Shown piece by piece: positions 38,425-49,273 of a DNA stretch of 64,000 nucleotides. The position numbers were made by a program, and so were the translations under genes. Each line of letters opens with the position of its first letter. Within the stretch, counting starts at the first letter, position 1. Source of the DNA: Candidatus Bathyarchaeota archaeon (GTDB lineage: Archaea > Thermoproteota > Bathyarchaeia > Bathyarchaeales > Bathycorpusculaceae); contig CAWEPZ010000011.1 in assembly GCA_963811105.1 (NCBI GenBank), positions 736,001 through 800,000 of the forward strand. The letters run 5' to 3'. The notes beneath the pieces were generated by a model. That model was not told the origin of the DNA and ran no database searches. It saw only the letters and a program-made list of their open reading frames with translations.

Positions 38425-41037
38425 ATGAGTCAGTGGCATTCACAAGAAACACAAGAACTGATCAGTCAACTAGGCGTGAATCCACAAAACGGCTTAACAG
38501 AGCAGGAGGCATCACAGCGACTCAACAAATACGGAAAAAATAGCCTAGTTCAAGCAAGAGAAATCCGCTTCTTAAGCATTTTTCGAGAAGAAGTAACTGA
38601 ACCCATGATTCTGCTGCTTATCGCTGTCGGCGTTCTCTATAGTTTACTTGGCACTTTAACCGATGCGGTCACAATCCTTGCAATAATAATCGTCCTTGTC
38701 TTGGCGGAGGTGTGGAACGAATATAGAGCAAAACATTCAATCGCTTCGCTGAAGCAACTTGCGCCACCAACAGCTTTTGTGATAAGGAATGGGCAACAAA
38801 TAGAGGTTGAAACCGCACTCCTTGTTCCAGGAGATATTTTACTTCTAAAAACAGGTCAAAGGGTTCCGGCGGATGCCCGATTGATTGAAGCCTTCGGGCT
38901 GGAAGTTGATGAGTCCTCGTTAACTGGCGAATCGTTTCCTGCAGCTAAAGATTCCTCGTCAGCATTACCAAGTGAAACTAGAATTACTGATCAAACAAAC
39001 ATGGTATTCGCAGGAACAATAGTCACCCGAGGAAGAGCCAAAGCGTTAATAACTGCAACAGGAGTCAACTCGGAGCTTGGAAGAGTTGTAGGCATAACTA
39101 AAGCTGCAAAGGAACCTAAAACAAGCCTGCAGTTGGCTATGAAACAGCTTTCTAAAACTCTTGTTTGGATTGCATTATTCTTTAGCATTCTTATCCCAGT
39201 TTTAAGCTACCTTAGAGGCGTTCAGCCTAGTATGGGACAGGCAGTACTTTATGGGTTATCACTAGCGTTTGTCGTTATCCCTGAGGAGCTCCCGATTATT
39301 ATCACCATGGTGCTGGGAGTTGGAGGCTATGAATTGTCGAAAAAAGGCGCCATCGTTAAGCGTTTGCGAGCAGCAGAAACCCTTGGAAACGTAACCGTCA
39401 TAGCTACAGACAAAACAGGCACAATAACAGAAAGCAAAATGAGGCTTGAACACTTCTATTTTGATGGCGCCATCCGCAAAAGCGAAGATTTCAAAGAAAA
39501 CGAGAAAGCGGCTTTAAAAACCGCTCTTCTAGCCAGCGACGCCGTCGGCGACAAGTCGACCAGCATGTTTTTGACCAATCCAATGTCTCAAGCTATTCTT
39601 CAACGGCTCAATCAAGATGGAGCTAACGCACAAAACATAACTAAAGATTGGGTTCTCAAAGATGAGTTAAGTTTTGATGTAAAACGCAAAATGGCTTCAT
39701 ATATCTATCAGTACGGTAGTTCCATAGTGGTCTTAACTAGCGGTGCGCCAGAGAGAATCTTAGCTAACTCTACAAGAATCCTGGCCAAAGGTGAAGAAAC
39801 ATCGCTTGACAATTCCTTACGAAATGAAATTAATCACGTTATGGCGCAGATGGCTCAATCAGGTGAACGACTACTAGGCTTTGGCTACCACAGATTATCA
39901 ACTGAGGAAACTATTGAGAAGCAGAATCATGAAAAAGATATTGTTTTTGTCGGGATTTTAGGTTTCATTGACCCTCCAAGAAAAGAAGTAAGGGGCGCCA
40001 TCCGAACATGCCAAGAAGCTGGCATTAAAGTAATAATGATTACTGGCGACCATCCAGAAACCGCTAAAGCAATTGCCGCCCAAGTTGGCATAAACAGCAC
40101 CAACGTGTTAACCGGCAGCGAAATCTCAACGATGACTAATGAAGACCTCAAGAAAGCCCTAAGAAACACCTATGTGTTTGCGCGGGTTACTCCTGAAGAT
40201 AAGCTGCGGATAGTTCGACTTCTGAAGGAGGACGGCGAAGTCGTGGCGGTCACGGGTGACGGAATTAATGATGCTCCAGCACTCAAAGAAGCACATATTG
40301 GCGTAGCAATGGGTGTTCGCGGAACAGATGTGGCTAAAGAAACAGCTGACATGATTCTAACTGATGATAACTTTGCCACTTTAGAAATTGCCGTTAACGA
40401 AGGACGCAAACTCTTCAGCAACCTGCGTAAAGGCGTCCGGTATTACTTAGCCTGCAAAGTGGCTTTAGTCTCAATTTTCCTTGTGCCAATCATTTTGGGT
40501 ATTCCATTGCCGTTTGCCCCTATACAAATTATAGTGCTTGAACTCTTCATGGATCTTGCAGCATCCGCTACCTTTGTTGCAGAACCAGCAGAAGAGGGCA
40601 TAATGAATAAGCCACCGAACAGCCCCAAAGAGAAGTTCCTGAACCATCCCATGCTAAGAAGCCTCTTTTTGGGTGCTTTAAGCCTCTTTCTAGCGGTCAC
40701 CGTTACTTTCCTGTTTGCATGGTACACAACCCAAAGCTTACCCTACGCTCGAACTGTGGCGTTTGCGACATGGATGTTTGGGCACATCTTCCTTGCTCTA
40801 AATTTCCGCTCAGACCGGGAACCGCTAATAAAAGAAGGCTTGCTTTCAAACAAAGTCATGCTTCTTTGGGCACTGCTTGTGTTTATCACTTTGGTTGTTG
40901 GCACATCATTACCGGCTACACAGACTGCTTTGCAAATTACGGGTTTAAGCCTTAAAGATTGGGCTCTAGTCATCGCCGTATCGTTTGCAGCTACGTTCTG
41001 GTTAGAACTTAAGAAAATCCTGCGGAAAGACACTTAA
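38425..41037 (+). CDS. P-type cation-transporting ATPase (type II-like)
   Basis: TGES, DKTGT, DPPR, TGDH, GDGINDAP. Confidence 0.95.
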   Translation: MSQWHSQETQELISQLGVNPQNGLTEQEASQRLNKYGKNSLVQAREIRFLSIFREEVTEPMILLLIAVGVLYSLLGTLTDAVTILAIIIVLVLAEVWNEYRAKHSIASLKQLAPPTAFVIRNGQQIEVETALLVPGDILLLKTGQRVPADARLIEAFGLEVDESSLTGESFPAAKDSSSALPSETRITDQTNMVFAGTIVTRGRAKALITATGVNSELGRVVGITKAAKEPKTSLQLAMKQLSKTLVWIALFFSILIPVLSYLRGVQPSMGQAVLYGLSLAFVVIPEELPIIITMVLGVGGYELSKKGAIVKRLRAAETLGNVTVIATDKTGTITESKMRLEHFYFDGAIRKSEDFKENEKAALKTALLASDAVGDKSTSMFLTNPMSQAILQRLNQDGANAQNITKDWVLKDELSFDVKRKMASYIYQYGSSIVVLTSGAPERILANSTRILAKGEETSLDNSLRNEINHVMAQMAQSGERLLGFGYHRLSTEETIEKQNHEKDIVFVGILGFIDPPRKEVRGAIRTCQEAGIKVIMITGDHPETAKAIAAQVGINSTNVLTGSEISTMTNEDLKKALRNTYVFARVTPEDKLRIVRLLKEDGEVVAVTGDGINDAPALKEAHIGVAMGVRGTDVAKETADMILTDDNFATLEIAVNEGRKLFSNLRKGVRYYLACKVALVSIFLVPIILGIPLPFAPIQIIVLELFMDLAASATFVAEPAEEGIMNKPPNSPKEKFLNHPMLRSLFLGALSLFLAVTVTFLFAWYTTQSLPYARTVAFATWMFGHIFLALNFRSDREPLIKEGLLSNKVMLLWALLVFITLVVGTSLPATQTALQITGLSLKDWALVIAVSFAATFWLELKKILRKDT

Positions 41038-41086
41038 CCTTTAAACCCAAACACATCTATACATTCAATTGAGAGAGAGCGGGGAC

Positions 41087-41503
41087 ATGCCGATAAAATA
41101 TTTTGAAGCTCCAGAAATCAAAAAGCAAGTTGACAAATTAGCAGAAGAATGCGAGTTCTATCATGTTGTACCCCAATTTGTTTTCTGCATCCGAAGCAGA
41201 GGCTCCAAAGCAAGGCGGACAATCGCCCGCATTCATGGTTTAGGGAAGGTTTGGCAAGGAGTTCTGAACCTCCCGCCTTCATACACCATAGAGGTTATCT
41301 CCGAGGTTTACGACAAAATGTCTGATCAAGATAAAGAGCGAACTTTGATTCATGAGCTTATGCATATTCCAGGGGCTTTCGGCGGCGGTTTTCGCCCTCA
41401 CAAAGGGTATGTTGAACGCAAAAATGTCGAGGCAGTCTACCAAAAGTTGCAGACTGATAGGGCCACAAAAAAACAAAAAAACCTGTTCTCCCATCAGTTT
41501 TAA
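41087..41503 (+). CDS. putative zinc metallopeptidase
   Basis: HELMH; ARIHGL; archaeal-type small protein. Confidence 0.8.
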   Translation: MPIKYFEAPEIKKQVDKLAEECEFYHVVPQFVFCIRSRGSKARRTIARIHGLGKVWQGVLNLPPSYTIEVISEVYDKMSDQDKERTLIHELMHIPGAFGGGFRPHKGYVERKNVEAVYQKLQTDRATKKQKNLFSHQF

Positions 41504-41614
41504 TCATGTTTGCTCAAATATTTTTACAATCTAACAGGAAAAAAAACATGCACAGTTAAATACTTGGCGAAGGCTTAAACATGAAAAGTCGTGCCAAAAT
41601 CAATTGAGGTTTGA

Positions 41615-43270
41615 TTGATGAAACACGTTATGAAATGTTTAGTGCATAACGGCATATTCGTTCCGCCTTACGATTACAAAGGCTTCAGCGTTAAAATTAA
41701 CGGTCAAACATTAAAGTTGACGCCTAAAAGTGAGCAGATGGCGGTTGCATGGATAAGAAAATCGTTATCAACCGTATCTCCACCGGACACTGTTTTTAAG
41801 AAGAATTTTATGCGTGAATTCATAGATCAGCTGAAAAAAGATAATCCTTCGACAAGTTTCTTGGATGCGTTTTGCTCAAAGTATCTCGCTAGCATAGACC
41901 GGCTCTCATCATCTTCAAACACCAGCAACCAATCGTTTGATCAGGAAATTGATTTTACTCAAATCTGCAACTACATCGAAACAGAAAAGGCAAAGAAAGA
42001 AGCCTTAACTAAAGAAGTAAAAAAGCTCCAGGCAGAAGAACGCAAAGCTAAACGATTAGAATTCAAAGAAAAATATGGTTACGCCCAAGTTGACGGACAA
42101 AAACTGGAAATCGCCAACTGGACGTCCGAGCCCTCATGCCTTTTTGCAGGTCGCGGAGATCATCCGCAACGTGGAAAATGGAAGGACGGTCCAAGCGAAT
42201 ACGATATAGTTCTAAATTTGCCACCTGATATACCTGTTCCAGCGGGACATTGGAAAGGTGTGGTTTGGGAACCAAACAAGATGTATGTCGCAAAATGGGA
42301 AGACAAACTTACAGGCAAAATCAAGTACGTCTGGTTCAGCGATACAGCGTTTCTAAAACAGAACCGCGAGAAAGAGAAGTTCCAAAAAGCCGAAACCCTG
42401 GGGAAACAAATCAAAACCATCGAGCAGCATATCCTCAGGAACCTTAATGACAAGGATGAATTAAGGGCCAAAGTTGCAACAGTGTCATGGCTTATTTTGG
42501 TACCAAACATGAGAGTTGGCGACGAAAAAGACCCCGACGAGGCAGATACAGTAGGCGCAATCACACTCAGAGCTGAACACATCAAAATTGAAGGCGACGT
42601 AATCCACTTTGACTTCCTTGGCAAAGACAGCGTAAGATGGGACAAGAAATTCAAAGCCCCACCAGAAGTCATCCGAAACATACAGCGCTACATGGCAGAT
42701 AAGAGCAAACCATACCTGTTCGAAGGCATTGACTCTAAAACAGTCAGCCGCTTCCTATCAGAAAAAATGCCCAAGCTAACTGCTAAGGTTTTTCGAACTT
42801 GGCGATGTACAAAAACAGTTAGAGAAGAACTAGAAAAAAGCGGAGTCGTAAAAGAGGATCCAGACTACAAAAAGGTCTATGCCGCTAAAATGGCTAATTT
42901 CAAGGTTGCTGAAGTGGCAAATCACAAACGCAAAGTTCCGCCGACCTTTGAGAAGAGCTTAGCAAAAAAAGAAGCTAACCTTAAAGCGTTCGAGCAGCAA
43001 CTGGAAGTAAAGAAGGCATCAGGCAAAAAAACAGAATCACTTGAAAACAGAATCGAAAAAGCAAACCTGGATATCCAATTAGCAAAGTTAACCAAAGAAT
43101 ATAACCTTGGCACATCCCTAAAATCTTACATTGACCCGACAGCCTATGTGAAATGGGCAAAGAAAGTCAAATTCGACGTTGAAAAATTCTACCCCCAAAC
43201 ATTGCGAAACAAGTTTAGTTGGGCACTGAAAAGCAACAAGACACAAGCAACCGAGTGTATAACTGCATGA
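41615..43270 (+). CDS. DNA topoisomerase IB (eukaryote-like)
   Basis: GRGDHPQRG, MRVGDEKD, ADTVG, FDFLGKDS, TAKVFRT, NHKR, LGTSLKSYIDP. Confidence 0.95.
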   Translation: MMKHVMKCLVHNGIFVPPYDYKGFSVKINGQTLKLTPKSEQMAVAWIRKSLSTVSPPDTVFKKNFMREFIDQLKKDNPSTSFLDAFCSKYLASIDRLSSSSNTSNQSFDQEIDFTQICNYIETEKAKKEALTKEVKKLQAEERKAKRLEFKEKYGYAQVDGQKLEIANWTSEPSCLFAGRGDHPQRGKWKDGPSEYDIVLNLPPDIPVPAGHWKGVVWEPNKMYVAKWEDKLTGKIKYVWFSDTAFLKQNREKEKFQKAETLGKQIKTIEQHILRNLNDKDELRAKVATVSWLILVPNMRVGDEKDPDEADTVGAITLRAEHIKIEGDVIHFDFLGKDSVRWDKKFKAPPEVIRNIQRYMADKSKPYLFEGIDSKTVSRFLSEKMPKLTAKVFRTWRCTKTVREELEKSGVVKEDPDYKKVYAAKMANFKVAEVANHKRKVPPTFEKSLAKKEANLKAFEQQLEVKKASGKKTESLENRIEKANLDIQLAKLTKEYNLGTSLKSYIDPTAYVKWAKKVKFDVEKFYPQTLRNKFSWALKSNKTQATECITA

Positions 43271-43539
43271 GCGTTAAAGATGGTAAAGACGGCGCAATCA
43301 TCACAATTTATGTAAAACCCAACGCACCCAAATTCAGCATTCAGTTGAATGACGACGAAATCATAGTTCACAGTACCAAAGAACCAGTTAAAGGTAAAGT
43401 CAACGCGGAAATACTGAAGGAGTTTACGAAGCTCTTACATGTTAAGGTTGAGCTTATCGCTGGTGCCACTTCAAGACAGAAGCAGCTTCTTGTGAAAGGC
43501 TTAAGCAAGAGTCAAACAGAGCAGATTCTCCAGTCATAG
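43267..43539 (+). CDS. DUF167/UPF0235 protein
   Basis: VKPNA...PVKGKVN...GATSRQK; ATGA overlap with the topoisomerase stop. Confidence 0.88.
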   Translation: MSVKDGKDGAIITIYVKPNAPKFSIQLNDDEIIVHSTKEPVKGKVNAEILKEFTKLLHVKVELIAGATSRQKQLLVKGLSKSQTEQILQS

Positions 43540-43705
43540 TCACCATGATAGTCTCATAATATATCATAAATCGAAATATCCCTTTTAAGCAAAACAAAGA
43601 CATAAGACAATTGTAAAGAAATGTAATTCAAGGGAGAGGGGCAAACCCCTAACACCTTACCCCAATAAAAAGAGAAAATTTTTAGAACTAAGTATTCATC
43701 AAAAA

Positions 43706-44980
43706 CTATGTTTGCTGTTGTTTGAATCTGAGCATTGCCGCTATTCCGCCGAACGCGTTCTTGAGCATTTGTCCTTCTTCAGTTTCAGTAGAAATAATCT
43801 CCACATCGGTGTTTGACATTTCCGCAAGCTCAGCCAAGTCATCAATTACATCCTTCTTATCAACCACAGTTGTAGATGGGGCATTGCATTTTGTGCAAGG
43901 TTTCCCAACTAGGCTTTGCTCAAACGTGGCAGCTTCTTGACTTTTGAGCGTATGTTGCTCCTCGTAGCCGCATGCACTACATTTCACCGTTACACGCACA
44001 AGATCCAGGCTCTCAGACATAATAAGCAAACGAACTGCTCCAGATTTCAATAGCCTTCGGACTTCGGCTTCACCGTAAGTCATCATTCCGGTATCATGAC
44101 CAACCTCATAAAGGAATTTTTGCATGATTTCTTTCTCTTCAATGTAACGGACTTTTTTCATAATCTCTGGAGCTTTGTCCATCACTTCTTTAACACCCTG
44201 CTCTTCCACATAAGCTGTGTCAACGACATCGAGAACTTTGTCTTTCAATTGATAGTTCAGGTAGCCACCTTTCTCGAAATCATATTTGGTCGGCCCAGGA
44301 CCGCCCAAAATGATTCCTTTCAATGTGTCAATGGGCAAGAAAGTCTCGTTTGCATGCACTCCAACACGAGTAAAATATTCATTAAGCTGCATGTCCCGTA
44401 ATCTTTCATACCGACGGGCTGATTGCCCCCCTGCCTTAGTTTTACCCGTAACACCTGAATGCATTTGTCTCACAATATCTAGCCGTTTTCCTTGTAGGGT
44501 TGCAATGGTTGCGTTGTTGGCGTCCACCAACAAGATGCCGTAGGTTTCTTTCTCCCGCAGCATCTCCTGCAGATGCTCAGTGTGAAAACGTGAATCACAG
44601 CGATAAAGGAAAATTCTGATGGGTTCAGGCGGAACAATAACGTAGGCTTCCATACGTTCGGTACCTGGAGCAGCGCCATCTGCTAGAAGGGCACCAGTAA
44701 AGACGACAATGCCTTTTTCGCCTGGATCTTTGAAGAGTTTGAGTTTCTGCTGGGCTTTAGTGATGGCGTCTAACACGTTTTTGCGTGTAACGTTTGATTT
44801 TATGTTGCTTGCAGTTCCATATTCGTTGCGCAGAAGGTTGAGGGCGTCACTTATTTGTTTGCCAGGCGGAACGTAAACGGTGATAAGCTCGGTGTGGCTG
44901 CCCTCTTTGGTGGCTAGGGAATTAATCATTTTCCGCAATCTGAATAGTTCAAGGGACGATTTTTTCGCTGTACTCAACAT
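43706..44980 (-). CDS. prf1: peptide chain release factor aRF1
   Basis: TASNIKS, YRCDS, GGQS, FGGIAA. Confidence 0.97.
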   Translation of the reverse strand: MLSTAKKSSLELFRLRKMINSLATKEGSHTELITVYVPPGKQISDALNLLRNEYGTASNIKSNVTRKNVLDAITKAQQKLKLFKDPGEKGIVVFTGALLADGAAPGTERMEAYVIVPPEPIRIFLYRCDSRFHTEHLQEMLREKETYGILLVDANNATIATLQGKRLDIVRQMHSGVTGKTKAGGQSARRYERLRDMQLNEYFTRVGVHANETFLPIDTLKGIILGGPGPTKYDFEKGGYLNYQLKDKVLDVVDTAYVEEQGVKEVMDKAPEIMKKVRYIEEKEIMQKFLYEVGHDTGMMTYGEAEVRRLLKSGAVRLLIMSESLDLVRVTVKCSACGYEEQHTLKSQEAATFEQSLVGKPCTKCNAPSTTVVDKKDVIDDLAELAEMSNTDVEIISTETEEGQMLKNAFGGIAAMLRFKQQQT

Positions 44981-45061
44981 AATTCACTAAATATTGTCGT
45001 TTATTGGATAACTAACCTTAAAAGGAATCAAATAAAAGTTCCGACACAAAAAACGGAAGAA

Positions 45062-46079
45062 TTAAGCTTTTGGCTTAATTGGTGGTGCCGCTGTAGGCTC
45101 TGGCATTGGCGCCCCAATGGTTTCTCTAAGGTAAGCTTTAAACGGACCCAGCTTGCCACCATAGTTTCCTGACGAAATCTTGATTACGCCAGGCACACCG
45201 ATTGCTGCAGTTACACCCACTTTCATGCCCTTTTTAACCGCGTCAAGGGATAATCCGTTCATGACAATTTCGTAAACACAAGTCACACCTTCAGGAACAA
45301 CTGTATCAGGCACCAATGTGCGCAATGTTGGGCAGTACGGATGATTAGTTGAAGCCTTCAGTTTATATTTGAGGGAACCCGCTTTGCTTCCTGCTCGACA
45401 AACGCCTCCAGGAAACTGCATAATAACATCAGGAGCATTTGCACGAATGGCGTCAGCTGCTGCTTCAGCCGCTAAAAGGCCTGATGGCTGATCTTTCGCA
45501 AAAATCATAAAGTTGCCGCCAGCAACTGCCTCCATAGCGCCAAAACCATTTTCAACGATGAAGCTTCCTTCCATAACTGGAATCTTCCAACATTTTCTAC
45601 CGCCAACCATAGCTTTTTTCTGGAAGCCATCGCCGAAATAGCGTAGGCTGTTACCAACATCTAAAGTTCTTTTGCTCTTATCCAACCCGTTGAATGCTGC
45701 GGTTGTTGGACAAGTCAGGGTGCATTGACCTATACGCTGCATAAGTTGATGCTTGAGTTCAAAACGGTCACGATTATAAATTTGAATAAGTACTCCAGGT
45801 CTTTTGTCGGGTGTCTGATCTGCTGGAACAGCTTCGCTCGATTGCTGCTTCTGCAGTGGCTTCAATTACGCTTGTCGCAAAACCTATGGTTAAACTTGCA
45901 GCGATTTGAGCCCATTTTTCGTTTTGAGCGGTGATTAGAACTCTTCCTGCCCAAAGTCCGAACATTTCTGCAAAAGTATCTTGAACCTTCACGATATTTC
46001 CGTTGGGCGATTTTACAAGAAACATTTTTTCTTTTTCGTCAAAGCTTTGGATTTCAAGCGGACTATTGTTTGATGACAT
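45062..46079 (-). pseudogene. ftr: formylmethanofuran:H4MPT formyltransferase, frameshifted
   Basis: DTFAEMF...GFATSVI...AEAAIE in one frame; TPDKRPG, RIGQCTLTCPTTA, AGGNF, ASTNHPYCPT and GNYGGKLG in the next; one extra base near 45835. Confidence 0.88.
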
Positions 46080-46349
46080 CGAAAGACCTCGCAGTTCAGT
46101 TAGGTATTGTATGATTTAAGAGTTTTCGTGAATGAAAGATGGTTCGTTCGTTTTCAAAGGTCATAATGTGAGATAATTAAAGACTTGCAGCATGATTGTT
46201 GTAATCAGGCGGGAAAAAATGTGGCAGTCACTTGATTACTTGAGTCTTTCTATCAACATAGTCACCAATCAGAGGAATTAGGAGGCATGCTAAGGCAAAT
46301 GATGGGAGAAAATAATTTCATAGTCCATTCACAGGAAGAATAAATGCGG

Positions 46350-46592
46350 CTAAGAAGAGGAGAGCTCCAGCTGATAGCGCCAATACTTTAAAACGGTGCT
46401 TAAACCAAAACTTAAAACTAAGAAGGGAACGGTGAATAGGACGACTCTTGCCCAAGTGCTCACTTGAAAACCGAAAGACGTTTTAAGAATACTGAGTAGA
46501 CTGATTGACCCGTCAGATTGAAGCGGGCGAACAAACTGGTAAGCAGCAACGCCATAAAAGAACTTGTATGGCGAAGAGACGAAAAAGGGCAA
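46350..46592 (-). CDS. hypothetical membrane protein (start uncertain)
   Basis: Hydrophobic ORF downstream of the ApbE-like gene. Confidence 0.35.
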   Translation of the reverse strand: MPFFVSSPYKFFYGVAAYQFVRPLQSDGSISLLSILKTSFGFQVSTWARVVLFTVPFLVLSFGLSTVLKYWRYQLELSSS

Positions 46593-46634
46593 AATTATGG
46601 CGGCTGAAGCTGCTAAGAAATAGTGGGCGCTCTT

Positions 46635-47339
46635 TTACTTTTCTACTTTGATTATTTGGGGAATTTTTCCTCCAATGCCAACTTGGCCTTTATAGATTAT
46701 CATAACACCTTCTACACCCTCAATCGCCAAACCTCGGGCAATACCGACTTTTATTGCAATTTGCACATCTTCACCTTTAATTACATTTCCCACTGCTGTG
46801 GCGGCTGCATCTGCCAAGCTAGCTTTTTTGCAGAAAACTGTTGCCACCTCGGCATCACCAAAACTCAACGCATGACTAAATCGCCCTGAACTAGTTGCAA
46901 CACCTATTGGAAACTCTGTTAATCTAAACCCAAAGTGTTTTGAAAGTGGTTCGTCTCCAGCGGCAACTGCCACATCAACAGGCACATTTGATTGTGCCGC
47001 GATTTCTCCGCCATCTTCAACAACTGACACTTTACAGTCTGTTTGAGCCATGTCGTTGACTGCTAGGTCGACTATTGCTCCTGCCACTGCCGCCATAGGT
47101 CCAACGTCAGCTTTGGCAGCTGCTTCAGCCATCATCTTAGCTACTAGAGGTTTGTCAGGCGGGGGAATCGGCGTTAGGGTGTGGAGAAATTTGGGGTTTG
47201 CGCTGATGTATATTTCAAGTTCTTGCCTGTTGCGTTTAATTGATTCTATAGCAGCTTGAATGGCCTTTTGTTTATCAGAAATTATGGTGCATTGCGTTTC
47301 TTTTAGGGTAAAATTCTCTTTGAACAGGTTACGAGTCAT
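46635..47339 (-). CDS. UPF0280 ApbE-like protein
   Basis: VGPMAAVAGAI, GGEI, ATSSG..HALSFG, ADAAATA. Confidence 0.9.
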   Translation of the reverse strand: MTRNLFKENFTLKETQCTIISDKQKAIQAAIESIKRNRQELEIYISANPKFLHTLTPIPPPDKPLVAKMMAEAAAKADVGPMAAVAGAIVDLAVNDMAQTDCKVSVVEDGGEIAAQSNVPVDVAVAAGDEPLSKHFGFRLTEFPIGVATSSGRFSHALSFGDAEVATVFCKKASLADAAATAVGNVIKGEDVQIAIKVGIARGLAIEGVEGVMIIYKGQVGIGGKIPQIIKVEK

Positions 47340-47767
47340 TTAATTTTTCCTGTTGTTGATTGTTCAGTATTATTTTGCTTGAGTGATTTTATGGCCCGGG
47401 CTGGGCATGCGTCAACGCAAGTGCTACATGTGCTGCCAAGACATTTTTCCTTGTCAAATTTAATGGATGAATCTTCTTCTATGCTTATGGCTTCCACGGG
47501 ACAAAGAGCGACGCAAGAGCCGCAGCTGAAGCATTTTTCGGAGTCTACTTCAATTAGTTTTGGAACGATTGCTAAGACGCCTTGGTCTCGGAAGGCTTTT
47601 ACGATTCTTTCCTGCTGATCATCTGGAACCTCAACCAGTATTTCTCCGCCTTTAGAATTCACGTGAGCAGCCAAAATAGCGATCGGCACTTTGTATTCGA
47701 GAATTATTTTCGATGCAATGGGTTGAGGCACTTGTTCTTCAGAGAACCTTAAAAGTATTCTTACCAT
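47336..47767 (-). CDS. NIL-domain ferredoxin (MA1822-like)
   Basis: NIL-like N-terminus plus two 4Fe-4S motifs. Confidence 0.88.
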   Translation of the reverse strand: MVRILLRFSEEQVPQPIASKIILEYKVPIAILAAHVNSKGGEILVEVPDDQQERIVKAFRDQGVLAIVPKLIEVDSEKCFSCGSCVALCPVEAISIEEDSSIKFDKEKCLGSTCSTCVDACPARAIKSLKQNNTEQSTTGKIK

Positions 47768-47770
47768 GCT

Positions 47771-49273
47771 TTACCGTCCTAACAACTTTGACACGTCTTC
47801 TGAAGTGATTATTCCTAGCACTTTCTTTTCAATGTCGATCACTGGCAACGCTGAAATGTTGTGTTGAGCCATGCGTTTTGATGCAACTTCTAGTGGTTCA
47901 TCAGGTAATGCTGTGAACACATTGTGTGTTTCGATGTCGGCTAACGCTTTTTTGCCTTCCGCCATAGCTCGAGTAACATCCCAAGAGGTCACTATCCCCT
48001 TCAACTTGCCGGCATCATCAATCACAACTATGTGATTGACTGATTTGGTGACGATTCGATGAGCAATAGCTTGTATCGCCTCATCCTCAGTGCAGGTTAC
48101 TGCCTTGTGCATAACGCTAACAACGAATGGAATTTCTTCAGTTTGCCTCATCGGCTTGAACAATGTGTCAGTTGGCAGGCTCTCAATAGGTGAAGTTAGG
48201 AAGAAGGTGCCTTCTTCAATCCAAGACTTCAAGGTTTGTGAAACTTTTTTAGCCATCTTTAGGCTAGATAGAGAGCTTACTCTGACTTTTTTATCGTTAA
48301 TTGTGATTGAACCTGACTTTAGCTGTTTATAGCTTACTTGTCTTAGCTTTGGGCGGTCTCTACGAGGAACGCTATAGTCAACCACATCAGTCATTATTTC
48401 GCTGTCACGAATCGATGTTTTCTTAGCCAAACCTTCATTTAGAAGTGGAATTGGTATACCTAGCCCCACATAAAGTGAAGTGCCATAACGAGTGAAAGAA
48501 GCACCTTGCAAAAACTCGGGGGACATTTTCTTCGCGTCGCCTTTGACCATCAGAGTGCCGTTAAGGTTTTTGGGGCTGTGCTGTGTTCCTTCACCGATTA
48601 CGTAGCCTTGCGCCCCGCCTAGGAAAATTCTGGTGCCCAAACCAATGGTTTCGTAATTTGGGTCATTCATAAGCGGATTTAATTCTCCCGCTCCCGAAAA
48701 CGTTGCGTTTCGCAGTCTTGGCAAGAGTTTGCTCATGTAGGTATAAATTGTTTCATTGCTGGTATTTACTGCGCAGTTATATCGTTGGTAGCAATTGCGA
48801 AAATTCAGTAACTGAAACTGGTTTAAATCATCTTTCGTAATGTTTGTTTTAAGCTGAGTTCTCGGGTAACAGTCTGTTCCATAAGCTTCAGCCCGAAGCT
48901 CGACCTCTTTTCCAGCAACCAAATCTTGGATAAGATGTCCACCGCCATACTCGAAAGGCTGCTTTTCCGACATATGCGTTGCTCCAATAAAAAGATCCAC
49001 CGCGGCACCAGGATGGCAAACTTCAACATCATTCATCCAAGCGTGATCAATCTTTATTGGCGGATCAGAGTGCCCAAGGTTAACAACTGCACCAGAGGAA
49101 CACATGGCACCAAAAGTTCCAGTTGTTACCACATCAACTTCTTTATAGGCAACTTCAACACCGCTGGTTTCAACAAGTTTTTTCATTTCCTCAGCAGTTA
49201 AAACCTGAACGTCGCCTTTACGGATTTTATCGTTAATCTCTGCAACACTGCGGGTTTTAGTAAGTTTAGACAA
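47771..49273 (-). CDS. L-aspartate semialdehyde sulfurtransferase (DUF39 + CBS, MA1821-like)
   Basis: EVDVVTTGTFGAMCSSGA, YGTDCYPR, RNCYQRY, GTRIFLGGA; C-terminal CBS pair. Confidence 0.92.
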   Translation of the reverse strand: MSKLTKTRSVAEINDKIRKGDVQVLTAEEMKKLVETSGVEVAYKEVDVVTTGTFGAMCSSGAVVNLGHSDPPIKIDHAWMNDVEVCHPGAAVDLFIGATHMSEKQPFEYGGGHLIQDLVAGKEVELRAEAYGTDCYPRTQLKTNITKDDLNQFQLLNFRNCYQRYNCAVNTSNETIYTYMSKLLPRLRNATFSGAGELNPLMNDPNYETIGLGTRIFLGGAQGYVIGEGTQHSPKNLNGTLMVKGDAKKMSPEFLQGASFTRYGTSLYVGLGIPIPLLNEGLAKKTSIRDSEIMTDVVDYSVPRRDRPKLRQVSYKQLKSGSITINDKKVRVSSLSSLKMAKKVSQTLKSWIEEGTFFLTSPIESLPTDTLFKPMRQTEEIPFVVSVMHKAVTCTEDEAIQAIAHRIVTKSVNHIVVIDDAGKLKGIVTSWDVTRAMAEGKKALADIETHNVFTALPDEPLEVASKRMAQHNISALPVIDIEKKVLGIITSEDVSKLLGR

